Assembly: GCA_036960605.1 (NCBI GenBank)
Contig: JBALXI010000011.1
Span: 5,869-69,868 of the forward strand
Source: Oleispira sp.
GTDB lineage: Bacteria; Pseudomonadota; Gammaproteobacteria; Pseudomonadales; Oceanobacteraceae
DNA: 64,000 bases
Direction of reading: 5' to 3'
Both the position numbers and the translations under genes were made by a program. Each line of letters opens with the position of its first letter. Position 1 is the stretch's first letter. The notes below the pieces were generated by a model. That model saw only the letters and a program-made list of their open reading frames with translations, was not told the origin of the DNA and did no database searches. This document shows, piece by piece, positions 45,226 to 55,456 of this stretch.

Positions 45226-46512
45226 CTACTTAGCTTCAAGAATGGCAACAACACCCTGGCCACCAGCCGCACAGATAGAGATAAGACCGCGGCCAGACCC
45301 CTTCTCTTCTAGCATTTTAGCCAAAGAAGAAACAAGACGACCACCGGTTGCTGCAAATGGGTGACCCGTTGCAATAGAAGAACCATTAACGTTCAACTTG
45401 CTGCGATCGATAGAACCCATAGCGCCATCACGGCCTAGCTTCTCTTTACAGAAGGTCTCGTCTTCCCACGCTTTAAGTGTTGAAGAAACAACACCGGCGA
45501 ACGCTTCATGAATTTCGTAGAAGTCGAAATCTTGCAAGGTTAAACCTGCACGATCTAGCATGTTAGATACCGCATAGGCTGGCGCCATCAACAGACCTTC
45601 AGCATCTTTACTGACGAAATCAACAGCAGCAGTCTCATAAAAAGAAAGATAAGCACGCACTGGCAAGTTATTTTCTTTTGCCCATTCTTCAGACGCTAAT
45701 AATACACAAGAAGCACCATCAGTTAATGCAGAAGAGTTCGCTGCAGTTAATGTACCTTTGCCTGACTTTTTATCGAAAGCTGGCTTTAACGACGCCATTT
45801 TTTCTAAGTTAGGTTCGCGTGCAAGATTATCTTTTTCTAACCCTTGAAAAGGCGTTACCAAGTCATTGAAGAAACCACGATCGTAAGCGGCTAAAAGATT
45901 CTTATGGCTGTTAAAACCAATCTCGTCCTGCTCTTCGCGAGTAATGCCCCACTCTTTAACAGTGATCTCAGTATGCTCACCCATCGACTTATTCGTGCGC
46001 GGCTCACCGTTACGAGGCAATGAAGGTGCTAGGTGCTTAGGACGAATCTTAGATAGCAACTTCAAACGCTGACCTGTGGTTTTAGCACGGTTAACATCTA
46101 ATAGAATCTTACGTAAACCTTCAGAAACACCAATCGGTGCATCAGACGTGGTATCAGAACCACCGGCAATACCACAATCGATATGGCCTAAAGCGATTTT
46201 GTTAGCCACCTGCATACACGCCTGAAGACCCGTACCGCAAGCTTGCTGAATATCAGTCGCTGGCGTCATTGGGTGCAATGATGTGCTTAATACACATTCA
46301 CGCGCTAGGTTGAAATCACGGCTGTGCTTAATAACAGCGCCGGCAACCACTTCGCCGATTTTTTTACCTTGCAGATCATAACGGTTGATTAAACCATTCA
46401 ATGCCGCGGTTAACATGTCTTGGTTAGACGCGTATGAATAAACAGTATTCGAACGTGCGAAAGGGATACGGTTACCACCAATGATGGCTACTCGACGAAT
46501 TTGCTGTGTCAT
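45226..46512 (-). CDS. acetyl-CoA C-acyltransferase (thiolase)
   Basis: Thiolase active-site blocks QQACGTGLQA, GHPFAATGGR and CAAGGQG. Confidence 0.9.
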   Translation of the reverse strand: MTQQIRRVAIIGGNRIPFARSNTVYSYASNQDMLTAALNGLINRYDLQGKKIGEVVAGAVIKHSRDFNLARECVLSTSLHPMTPATDIQQACGTGLQACMQVANKIALGHIDCGIAGGSDTTSDAPIGVSEGLRKILLDVNRAKTTGQRLKLLSKIRPKHLAPSLPRNGEPRTNKSMGEHTEITVKEWGITREEQDEIGFNSHKNLLAAYDRGFFNDLVTPFQGLEKDNLAREPNLEKMASLKPAFDKKSGKGTLTAANSSALTDGASCVLLASEEWAKENNLPVRAYLSFYETAAVDFVSKDAEGLLMAPAYAVSNMLDRAGLTLQDFDFYEIHEAFAGVVSSTLKAWEDETFCKEKLGRDGAMGSIDRSKLNVNGSSIATGHPFAATGGRLVSSLAKMLEEKGSGRGLISICAAGGQGVVAILEAK

Positions 46513-46664
46513 GTTGTGTTCCTATTTAATTTGGGCTATCTAATGCTAACCAAAGGCTAACCAAAGCTAATAACATCTAACGACCATTAGCGACTACCAA
46601 CACTGGGCTTGGGCCTAGATGTACAGGCCTCATCACCACTAATAAAACTTTAGAACTTGAGTCT

Positions 46665-46679
46665 ACCTGTTAGACAGGT
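46665..46679. promoter_or_regulatory. palindrome ACCTGT-TAG-ACAGGT in the thiolase/fabG divergent region, candidate operator
   Basis: Read directly from the sequence; 6-bp arms with a 3-bp spacer. Confidence 0.35.
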
Positions 46680-46914
46680 TCTCGCATTGGCTGAACTGAC
46701 GCAAGATGCATTCAAACGGTCAATTAATTGTTGTAGGATAGCTGCTCTAATCTGTTTACCTTGGTAGCAATGTATCCAGCGTTTTGTGCTCGATACGGTT
46801 TACTCGCTACCTTACTCACTGAGAGTGAGTACATACCAACCTAATATAGACAAACTTAGTACAGCTTATATTCAAACCATTAAGCGACTATCTAAAGAAG
46901 AGTGGAACGATATC

Positions 46915-48333
46915 ATGGGCAATTTTTACGAAAGCATGTTGAATTCAGGCATGGGCCGCAAAGTATTAAGCACCGTTGGCCTACCAACACCGATTGAACT
47001 AAACCGCTATAGCGCCAGCCAGGCGACGTTCTTAGAAGGTAATATTTTAGTCGGTACCGCTAAAAATGGTGAGCTAATTTCGGATATCGTGCGTAACTTA
47101 GGTGAATCTGATGCGAATATCTTTTTCCCATCGGCTGCAACTACTGCTAACGAAATCGTTAAAGCAGGCGCTGATCACTCCGTTAAAGTGACTCAAGTTG
47201 AGTGCCAAAAAGGCATGACCGAAAAATTCAACGCCGTTATTTTTGATGCTTCTGGCATTGAAGACGGTGAAGGTTTAACGCAGCTATATACCTTCTTTAA
47301 CCCAATCATGCGCAGCCTGACGTCTAACGCGCGCGTTATTGTAATTGGCCGTCCGCACATGAAAGCCAAAAATGGTGAAAAAGCGGCCGCAATGCGTGCA
47401 CTTGAAGGTTTCACTCGCTCTGTTGCAAAAGAAATTGGTAAAAAGAGCTCTACGTCTCAAGTTGCTTACATTGAAGAAGGCGCTGAGAAGCAAATGGACT
47501 CAACGGTTCGCTTCCTAGTCTCGGCTAAGTCTGCCTATGTTGCAGGTCAGGTGATTCATGTTCGCAAAGGCGAAGAGGTTAAATACCCTGATTGGCATAA
47601 GCCTCTAGCGGGTAAAGTAGCGTTAGTGACAGGTGCTTCTCGTGGTATTGGTGAATCAATCGCTCGTACTCTTTCACGTGATGGCGCAACGGTTCTAGGC
47701 TTGGATATTCCACCGGCAGAAGCGGATCTTAATGCAGTAATGGCTGAAATCGGTGGCGAATGCCTTTTAGCTGACATCTCTTCTAAAGAAGCCCCTGCTC
47801 TAATTGCAGCCAAGCTGAAAGAGATGGGTGGCGCTGATATCGTGGTTCATAACGCCGGTATTACTCGCGATAAGACCTTAGCAAACATGCCTGAGCACTG
47901 GTGGAACATGACCATCGCGATCAACTTGTCTGCCGAAGAGCACATCAATAACGAATTATTCAAGACGGATGCGATCAATGCCGGTGGCAGCATCATCTGC
48001 GTATCGTCTATGAACGGTATTGCCGGTCAAATGGGCCAGACTAACTATGCCGCATCTAAAGCCGGTGTGATTGGTTATGTTCAATACATGGCTGACGAAC
48101 TCGCAGCAAAGAACATCACGATTAATGCCGTTGCGCCTGGCTTCATTGAAACAGCCATGACCGATGCGATTCCGATGATGACGCGTGAAATAGGCCGTCG
48201 TTTAAACTCATTGTCTCAAGGCGGTAAGCCGGTCGATGTTGCTGAAACAATCGCTTTCTTTGCTAACCCTGCTTCCAGCGGCGTTACGGGCAACGTAGTG
48301 CGTGTTTGTGGTCAGTCTTTAGTCGGTGCATAA
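46915..48333 (+). CDS. high-molecular-weight 3-oxoacyl reductase (FabG4-like SDR with an N-terminal non-catalytic domain)
   Basis: Start taken at ATG 46915 (MGNFYESML..) after AAGAAGAG. The C-terminal half has TGASRGIG and YAASKAG. The N-terminal ~220 aa is a pseudo-SDR/flavodoxin-like extension. Confidence 0.8.
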   Translation: MGNFYESMLNSGMGRKVLSTVGLPTPIELNRYSASQATFLEGNILVGTAKNGELISDIVRNLGESDANIFFPSAATTANEIVKAGADHSVKVTQVECQKGMTEKFNAVIFDASGIEDGEGLTQLYTFFNPIMRSLTSNARVIVIGRPHMKAKNGEKAAAMRALEGFTRSVAKEIGKKSSTSQVAYIEEGAEKQMDSTVRFLVSAKSAYVAGQVIHVRKGEEVKYPDWHKPLAGKVALVTGASRGIGESIARTLSRDGATVLGLDIPPAEADLNAVMAEIGGECLLADISSKEAPALIAAKLKEMGGADIVVHNAGITRDKTLANMPEHWWNMTIAINLSAEEHINNELFKTDAINAGGSIICVSSMNGIAGQMGQTNYAASKAGVIGYVQYMADELAAKNITINAVAPGFIETAMTDAIPMMTREIGRRLNSLSQGGKPVDVAETIAFFANPASSGVTGNVVRVCGQSLVGA

Positions 48334-48364
48334 GCACTGATAATTGATCAATGCGAGACCCTAA

Positions 48365-48398
48365 AGCCCTGCTATGAGAATAGTAGGGCTTTTTTTTG
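48365..48398 (+). terminator. rho-independent terminator
   Basis: 11-bp stem AGCCCTGCTAT-GAGA-ATAGTAGGGCT followed by T8. Confidence 0.9.
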
Positions 48399-48676
48399 AG
48401 CTCTCTTTAATAAGCACAAGTGCAAACCGAATAACTTAATCTAAACTTGAAGGAAGATGTCTTTTTACTATTAGCTTAGCCTGCAAGGAACAACATGCCG
48501 TTAATGTCGTCCGCTCAAGAGACTAAAGCTTATTAAAGAAGACATCCGAATGCTCCACGACCCTTCCACCAGCGAGGTACTTCGAGCCTTTAAAAATAAA
48601 ACGTTGGAAGCATCCGCTCTGACATTAGAAGTTCGTGGTATTTAATCAATTTTTATCAAAGGATTAACAGGTCCTT

Positions 48677-50404
48677 ATGTCACTGAGATTTTTAATTCCA
48701 ATATTGCTAATCGCATTCACTTTATTGTTAACGTTATTTGGTTATTCAATTATTCGTAGTGATTTGACTGCAGATATTGAACAACAAAGCTTGCGCTATA
48801 TGAATATAGAGCTGAGCAAAATGCAATCTCTGCTTGAACCGCTGTTAGCAAAAAAAGATATTCGAGCCATCAAATCGCTACAAGCCTTTAAAGCCTCAGA
48901 GCTAGATAATGCCGCCATGATCATCGTTAACGAAAAAAACGAAATTGTAGCCTCTAGTAATCAACGTGACTTACTGAATCACTGGACCACAAGTCAATTT
49001 AACATTTCAAAAAAACAAGTAGAAAAAACATTAAAAACAACTAACCACCAGACTGTTTTCTCCCCAAATAGAAATTTCTTAGATGGCTATATCAGTCTCT
49101 GCGTACGGGATATTCCACTAGCATTACGCAGCCGTTCTTGCGGCTTCCTTTATTACCAACTTGATATTTCTTACCGCCAACAACAAGCCCGAGTCTGGCT
49201 TTTCAAACAGTCTGTTTACATAGCTCTCGGCAGTAGCATTGCGGCATTATTCCTGGTAATCATTCTTCATTTAAGAATCACTCGACGAGTATTGAAAATT
49301 AAAAACATGCTAAATTTATGGGCTAAAGGAGATCGCAGAGCTCAAATCATATTATCTGGAAAAGACGAGTTGGTTGAAATTGCTAACATAACAAACTCAC
49401 TGGTTACACAGTTTGCTAGCGATGAAAAATCATTAATCTTTAATCAGCAAGTTAACGATGCGATTATTCAAAGTGCTAACTACAGCATTATAGCGACAGA
49501 TACTAAGGGAATAATTACAACCTTTAATTCATCAGCCGAGAAGCTTCTAGGTTATGACAAAGACGAGTTAATAAACGCTAAAAGCCCCGATGTTTTCCAC
49601 GATATTCCTGAAGTCCTCGCCCGTAATGAAGTAATTTCAAAAGAACTAGGCATTAATATTCGCCCGGGTTTCGAAACCTTTGTTGCTAAAGCTCGCCAGG
49701 GGAAAATTGATGAAAATAATTGGACCTACATACATAAGAATGGCAACAAAATCCCCGTGCGCTTATCCGTTACCGCCCTGTATGATTCACATGGCCACAT
49801 ATCAGGATTTTTAGGCATCGCATTTGATATCAGTGAGCAGCTACAAGCCGAAGAGAAGCTTGAGCAACTGGCTTACTTCGATCAGTTAACTCAGTTGCCT
49901 AATCGAATGCTCTATCACGACCGTTTAAACCAGAGCATCGCATTCGCCGAGCGACAAAAATCACACTTTTCTATTTTCTTCTTAGATTTAGATAAGTTCA
50001 AATTCGTCAATGATAATTACGGGCACGAGGTAGGTGATAAATTATTAGTCCGTGTTGCCGACATTTTGACTCATTGTGTACGTAAGTCTGATACCGTCGC
50101 GCGCTTAGGCGGCGATGAATTCACCGTTATCCTACCCGGACTCGATAGCCAATACGATAAAATTGCTGTCGGTCTGATTGCCGAAAATATCATTAATAAA
50201 CTTGCTGAAGACATTTTAATCGATGGTCACATTCTACAAATCGGTGCAAGTATTGGCATTGCTATCTATCCGCAACATGGAGCCGAAGCCATCGCGCTCA
50301 ATAAGCATGCTGATATCGCTATGTATCAAGCAAAAGATCATGGCCGCAGCCAATATTCCTTTTATGACCCGAAGCAAGATACTACATTGGCCAATTCAGA
50401 CTAG
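48677..50404 (+). CDS. membrane sensor diguanylate cyclase (2 TM, periplasmic domain, HAMP, PAS, GGDEF)
   Basis: GGDEF active site RLGGDEFTV, a PAS block, and two hydrophobic segments flanking about 170 aa. Confidence 0.9.
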   Translation: MSLRFLIPILLIAFTLLLTLFGYSIIRSDLTADIEQQSLRYMNIELSKMQSLLEPLLAKKDIRAIKSLQAFKASELDNAAMIIVNEKNEIVASSNQRDLLNHWTTSQFNISKKQVEKTLKTTNHQTVFSPNRNFLDGYISLCVRDIPLALRSRSCGFLYYQLDISYRQQQARVWLFKQSVYIALGSSIAALFLVIILHLRITRRVLKIKNMLNLWAKGDRRAQIILSGKDELVEIANITNSLVTQFASDEKSLIFNQQVNDAIIQSANYSIIATDTKGIITTFNSSAEKLLGYDKDELINAKSPDVFHDIPEVLARNEVISKELGINIRPGFETFVAKARQGKIDENNWTYIHKNGNKIPVRLSVTALYDSHGHISGFLGIAFDISEQLQAEEKLEQLAYFDQLTQLPNRMLYHDRLNQSIAFAERQKSHFSIFFLDLDKFKFVNDNYGHEVGDKLLVRVADILTHCVRKSDTVARLGGDEFTVILPGLDSQYDKIAVGLIAENIINKLAEDILIDGHILQIGASIGIAIYPQHGAEAIALNKHADIAMYQAKDHGRSQYSFYDPKQDTTLANSD

Positions 50405-50486
50405 TTCTTGTCCGGTTTGAACAGGTATTCTCACAAATATCTCCGTACACTCATAGCGACATATCGAATAGTAAACGGACGAATTC

Positions 50487-52547
50487 ATGAAAATAAAATC
50501 ATTAATAATCAATTCCTCTGCTCTACCCAAAGTTGCGTTTATTTCTCTTATTGCGCTCACTTCGGCTTGCAGCAATAACGATGCTTTAGTCACCGCCCCA
50601 GGCGCTGACCTACAAGGCCATACCGCGCCTACCGCCGCGACGATAAAAGCCAATAAAAGCGTGCTTGAACAACTGCCTTTCAGCAATCAACAAGATTTTG
50701 AAGATGCCAACCGTGGACTCATTGCCAGCCTAGATTCTCTGGTGACTAAAAATGCCGCTGGTGAAAGCATCTGGGATATGGATGCCTACGACTTCATCGA
50801 ATATAAAGGTATCGACGGACAGTCTCCTGATAGTGTTAACCCAAGCTTATGGCGTCAGGCTAGTCTGAACAACATACATGGCCTATTCAAAGTCAGCGAC
50901 GGTATTTACCAATTGCGCGGTTTCGACCTCGCGAATATGACGCTGATTGAAGGAGACACAGGCTGGATCGTTGTCGACCCGTTAACCGCTAAAGAAACGT
51001 CCAAAGCCGCTTTCGACTTTGCTCAGAAACATCTGGGTACTAAGCCCATTACCGCTATCTTATTTACCCATAGCCACCTAGACCATTTTGGTGGCGCTTT
51101 AGGTTTAGTAACCTCAGAGCAAGTTAAACAGCAAGGCATCCGGGTTATTGCACCAGAAGGCTTTATGGAAGAAGCCACCAGTGAAAATATCATTGCCGGT
51201 ACTGCTATGAGCCGCCGTGCAATGTTTATGTATGGTAAACGGTTAGCGCGCAACGAACGTGGACATGTGGGCACAGGCTTAGGCAAAGGACCTGCATTTG
51301 GCTCGTTCAGTATTTTAGCACCGACAGAGCTGGTCAATGCAGCCACCTCTGAAGTCGAAGTGGATGGTATTCGCTTCGAATTTCAATATACTCCGGGCTC
51401 TGAAGCCCCCGCTGAATTTACCTTCTACCTACCCGATCATAAAGCTTTTTGCGGAGCAGAAGTTGTCTCTCGTAACATGCATAACCTCTATACGTTACGT
51501 GGCGCTAAGGTACGTGATGCTTTGAAGTGGAGCAGCTACATTGATCAAGCGCGCATACAGTTTTCCAGCGCTGATACCTATTTTGGTAGCCATCATTGGC
51601 CAATGTGGGGACAAGAGAATATTCAAAATTTCTTGAAGCTGCAGCGTGATGGTTATAAATACATTCACGATCAAAGCGTGCGTTTATTTAATGGCGGTGC
51701 GACGCCCAATGAAGTAGCTGAAGAAATCACCTTACCTGAAAACTTGCGCACCTCATTTCCGAACCGAGGCTATTACGGCACGCTTAAACATAATGCCAAA
51801 GCCGTATACCAAAACTACTTAGGCTGGTACGACGCTAACCCTGCCAATCTTGACCCGTTACCACCACAGAATAGCGCCCAGCGTTATATCAAATTAATGG
51901 GTGGCATTGAGCAAGTCGTAGCACAGGCGCAAATCGCTTTTGATCAGGCAGAGGAAGATGCGGGGGCTTATCGTTGGGTCGCTGAGCTGCTAAACAAAGC
52001 CGTCTTTGCGGATCCTGAACATAAAGAAGCCAAAGCCTTATTGGCAAAAACCTACGACCAACTTGGCTATCAAGCTGAATCAGCACCTTGGCGTGATGTG
52101 TATTTAAGTGCTGCGTATGAGTTGCGCCATGGTGGCCCAGAGAAAGGCATCGATATCGCGTTAATGCGCGAAGTTCTGCTAGAAACTCCGGTAGAGCGTT
52201 TCTTTGATACCTTATCGATTCGTTTAAACGGCCCGAAAGCTGAAGGCAAAGATTATGCGATTAAGATCAACCTTACCGACAAGAACCTAAGCTACGTACT
52301 GAACTTAGAAAACTCTGTGCTGTATCACCAGAGTGCAGAGTCTTGGCTAAACAAAACGGCTGGCCCCATTAACGCCACCTTAAATGTTAAGCACGAACTT
52401 TTTATCGATATGCTCATCGGTCGTGCAGGATTAAAGGCAACGCTATTCTCTGATGACCTAACCATTGATGGCAGCAAACTTGATCTACTGGGCTTCTTGA
52501 GCTTATTTGATCGCCCAATGGGTGATTTCAATATCGTTATCCCATAG
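50487..52547 (+). CDS. alkyl/aryl-sulfatase, MBL fold with a C-terminal SCP2-like domain (SdsA1-like), lipoprotein
   Basis: Lipobox LTSAC, THSHLDHFGG, and long dimerisation plus SCP2-type C-terminal regions. Confidence 0.8.
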   Translation: MKIKSLIINSSALPKVAFISLIALTSACSNNDALVTAPGADLQGHTAPTAATIKANKSVLEQLPFSNQQDFEDANRGLIASLDSLVTKNAAGESIWDMDAYDFIEYKGIDGQSPDSVNPSLWRQASLNNIHGLFKVSDGIYQLRGFDLANMTLIEGDTGWIVVDPLTAKETSKAAFDFAQKHLGTKPITAILFTHSHLDHFGGALGLVTSEQVKQQGIRVIAPEGFMEEATSENIIAGTAMSRRAMFMYGKRLARNERGHVGTGLGKGPAFGSFSILAPTELVNAATSEVEVDGIRFEFQYTPGSEAPAEFTFYLPDHKAFCGAEVVSRNMHNLYTLRGAKVRDALKWSSYIDQARIQFSSADTYFGSHHWPMWGQENIQNFLKLQRDGYKYIHDQSVRLFNGGATPNEVAEEITLPENLRTSFPNRGYYGTLKHNAKAVYQNYLGWYDANPANLDPLPPQNSAQRYIKLMGGIEQVVAQAQIAFDQAEEDAGAYRWVAELLNKAVFADPEHKEAKALLAKTYDQLGYQAESAPWRDVYLSAAYELRHGGPEKGIDIALMREVLLETPVERFFDTLSIRLNGPKAEGKDYAIKINLTDKNLSYVLNLENSVLYHQSAESWLNKTAGPINATLNVKHELFIDMLIGRAGLKATLFSDDLTIDGSKLDLLGFLSLFDRPMGDFNIVIP

Positions 52548-52705
52548 AGCGCTTGAAGCACTAGCCCTTAAGGCATGAGTACATGAGGCTTAAATAGGTG
52601 ATTTCTGCACACTCTCACATATTTAAGCCTCTTTTTTGCTAGCCTCTTTGTTGTTAGAATAGGGTTTTAGATTTACTGAGACTGCTTCTTTAGCAAAATA
52701 GCATT

Positions 52706-53527
52706 ATGGCCAAGACTAAGCGCGACATCCCAAATTTTCAGCTGCCGATTATTGAAACTCACTTTCACCTCGATTATTTGAAAGAAGGCAGTACTGAAGA
52801 GATTTTAGAGAAAGCACGCGCCATCGGTGTGGAACGCTTTATGACCATTGCCGTCTCCCCCGATAATCTAGAAAAGGTCATTGCACTAACTGAGAACCAT
52901 GACGATGTTTATGGCACTCTAGGCATCCACCCTCACGATGCTGAATTGTACACCGACGAAACTGAAGCCTTTATTCGTCAACACCTAGCACCCGAAAATC
53001 GCAGCCCTAAGCTAAGAGCCGTCGGTGAAATTGGCTTAGATTATTTTTACGATAACGCTGATCGCAAGATTCAACGGGATGTATTCGAGCGTCAATTACA
53101 AATTGCAGTCGATTTTCAATTACCCGTAGTGATTCATACCCGCGAAGCCGATGAAGATATGCAAGCGATCCTAAGCAACTTTTCATCTTTAATGAGTGCG
53201 AACAAAGGGGTTATCCACAGCTTTACTTCCGGCATCGATCTAGCACGCTACTGTGTTGGCCAAGGCTTTAATTTAGGTATCAATGGCATAGTGACATTCG
53301 GCAAAGCCGACAACGTGCGTGAAGTTGTTGCAGATACCCCGCTCGAAAAGCTGTTATTAGAAACCGACTCTCCTTTCTTAACACCGATGCCTTATCGCGG
53401 TAAAGAAAATGCACCGTGTTATTTGCCGTTTATTGCAGAGAAAATTGCGGAAGTGAAAGAAATATCTGTCGAAGCGGTGTTAGGACAATGCTATAAGAAC
53501 TCTCTTGCGACCTTTTTTAATGACTAA
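52706..53527 (+). CDS. TatD-family metal-dependent hydrolase
   Basis: ETHFHLD, GEIGLDY, IHTR, and ETDSPFL. Confidence 0.9.
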   Translation: MAKTKRDIPNFQLPIIETHFHLDYLKEGSTEEILEKARAIGVERFMTIAVSPDNLEKVIALTENHDDVYGTLGIHPHDAELYTDETEAFIRQHLAPENRSPKLRAVGEIGLDYFYDNADRKIQRDVFERQLQIAVDFQLPVVIHTREADEDMQAILSNFSSLMSANKGVIHSFTSGIDLARYCVGQGFNLGINGIVTFGKADNVREVVADTPLEKLLLETDSPFLTPMPYRGKENAPCYLPFIAEKIAEVKEISVEAVLGQCYKNSLATFFND

Positions 53528-53548
53528 GCTTCTTTAACGACTCATCGT

Positions 53549-55456
53549 CTAAATATCTGGAAACTGTAAGCCCAAGACCACAGGATCGTGGTCGGAAGAG
53601 CGATACATATCTGGCTCGCCATAAGTATCTATTGAAGGATGCTTATGGCCGTTATCTTCCTTGTTGTAATCCAATAAAACATCTTCTACTGAATTAATGT
53701 GCCAGCTGTCTACACTTTTAATAAAGGGTAATAATTCTGAATTGGCTAACGCATGATCAAGATTCCCTAACAAGCCCTGAAAACTATAAGAAAAGCTCGG
53801 TAATTTCGAATCATAATGATATTTTAGGTTTATAAAACCGGCATCGTACAAGGCTAATAAGGGCTCTTCCTGACTGTAGCTATTGAGATCACCTAGAATT
53901 AATGTCGGTAAAGGTTCTTTATTAATAAAATCAATCAGTGCCAGTGCTGCGCGATATCGCGTTTTATTACAGTTCCCTTGCAAGTCATCAACCTCGACTT
54001 CATCACAAGGCCGCCCTTTTGACTTAAAGTGATTCACCGCCACGATAAAACGTTTATTTTTAAATGAGAACTGCTGAATTAAACTCGGGCGATTACGCTT
54101 ATCATCAAATGCAGCCTTTGATGCCGTTCGGGAGTCGAGCACCCTCGCCACCCCCTGTAAAATAACCTTTTTAGGCCTATATAAAATTCCAACTGAAATA
54201 ACGTCATGACCTAATTTACCTTGGCTTAATTCACTCAAAACAGGCTTAACATACCGATAGTGACGTTCATTATTGAATTTTTTATTTAGAGCATGAGTTA
54301 AATATTTGATAGCCGAGTGTTTACCATAGCCATTATTCTCAACTTCCATTAAAGCAATAACATCAGCATCCATCGCAGCCAATGCAGAGACTGTTTTTTC
54401 TGTTTGTAATAAAAACCCTGCATGGCTTCTCGCCCCCCGAAGGGTTGGGAAGTTTTTGTTTTTCTGAGCCCCTTTCCCCTCTTCTTCAACCGCTCCATTA
54501 AAATAATTACCCAAGTTCATACTCGCGATAATTAGATTTGAATCGTTTGAAACATTAGGGGTTTTAGTTCTAGGTGAAGAAGACTCTATTGAAATCGCAG
54601 AAACATCTTCCGGAATTATCATATAATGATCACCATAGGCATGTAATATACCTGTAATACGACCAATACGATCACCGACTCTTATTGGGTTATCAGCAGA
54701 AAACCCAAACGGTATTGGATTAGGATAGGCTTTTGAACTGCCATCATCGATTAGCAGAAAGTCCCTTTCTTTTAATGCTCTATTATTAAACTTCCCTTGC
54801 CTCAACTGAGCTGCGGTATACAACTCAGTAGGCTGAACAAGCAATTTTGATGACACCGCAAACTGACCATAATTTCCTAAGCCATAACCTGCACCGTATA
54901 AGTCACTGATTACCAATTCTTGCGAGAGGCTCACCCGCATACCTTCCTTTGCTTCCAAATCAATCAAAGCACTAACCGGTAGCAATAGCGGCTCTGCTTT
55001 TCGTAGCGTATTACCTTCGCTACATATTTTTATAGATCTTACTTTTTTAACTTCTGTCAGCCCTTTATATTCAGCTACTTGAGCGAATAGACGGATGACT
55101 TGCCCCACCTTTACTGGCTTACTTCCGTGATAAACAAAGATACCTTGAGAAAAACTTTCAGATATTTTTGTTCGACCACTCTGCTGCAACCAAAAGCCAC
55201 GATATTGATCACGCCCTTGTAAAGACAAGGTCACGACTCCCTCAATGACTACCCACTGTTTTAAAAATGGTGAAATAAATCCTGAGCCTTGAACATTGCC
55301 AATGAGCTGAAAGTTTTTATGACTAAAATCCCCACACTGCCCTAATCTGTTTTGGCTAGAATATTGATTAGCACCCAATACATGGGCACTAAACAAAGCA
55401 GGAGAAATTACACCTAGAAGGAAAAATAGAAAGCAGTGTCGAATGCTAGCGTTCAT
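53549..55456 (-). CDS. ExeM/NucH-family extracellular endonuclease (OB-like N-terminal domain plus endonuclease/exonuclease/phosphatase domain)
   Basis: Signal peptide. GNVQGSGFISPFL..VVIEGVVT..GFWLQQ..GIFVY..AEYKGLTEV is typical of the family's N-terminus. EEP-domain C-terminus (ALMEVEN, SDHDPV). Confidence 0.8.
   Translation of the reverse strand: MNASIRHCFLFFLLGVISPALFSAHVLGANQYSSQNRLGQCGDFSHKNFQLIGNVQGSGFISPFLKQWVVIEGVVTLSLQGRDQYRGFWLQQSGRTKISESFSQGIFVYHGSKPVKVGQVIRLFAQVAEYKGLTEVKKVRSIKICSEGNTLRKAEPLLLPVSALIDLEAKEGMRVSLSQELVISDLYGAGYGLGNYGQFAVSSKLLVQPTELYTAAQLRQGKFNNRALKERDFLLIDDGSSKAYPNPIPFGFSADNPIRVGDRIGRITGILHAYGDHYMIIPEDVSAISIESSSPRTKTPNVSNDSNLIIASMNLGNYFNGAVEEEGKGAQKNKNFPTLRGARSHAGFLLQTEKTVSALAAMDADVIALMEVENNGYGKHSAIKYLTHALNKKFNNERHYRYVKPVLSELSQGKLGHDVISVGILYRPKKVILQGVARVLDSRTASKAAFDDKRNRPSLIQQFSFKNKRFIVAVNHFKSKGRPCDEVEVDDLQGNCNKTRYRAALALIDFINKEPLPTLILGDLNSYSQEEPLLALYDAGFINLKYHYDSKLPSFSYSFQGLLGNLDHALANSELLPFIKSVDSWHINSVEDVLLDYNKEDNGHKHPSIDTYGEPDMYRSSDHDPVVLGLQFPDI

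Noticed and set aside
46786-46914. 43-codon N-terminal extension of the FabG4-like reductase (non-ATG start)
   Set aside because: It has no RBS, whereas the internal ATG 46915 follows AAGAAGAG and gives a typical N-terminus. The extension lies in the divergent promoter region.
48400-48676. Small ORFs between the terminator at 48.4 kb and the PAS-GGDEF gene, including a 31-codon ORF MLHDPSTSEVLRAFKNKTLEASALTLEVRGI (48550..48645) preceded by AAGAAG
   Set aside because: They are too short to evaluate without comparative or ribosome-profiling data, and I recognise no family. They could equally be a 5' leader. I did not report them as features.
50396-50686. 96-aa minus-strand ORF spanning the diguanylate cyclase / sulfatase junction
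   Set aside because: It is antisense to the sulfatase signal peptide and lipobox region, has no start context, and its Ala/Leu-rich composition is typical of a shadow ORF.
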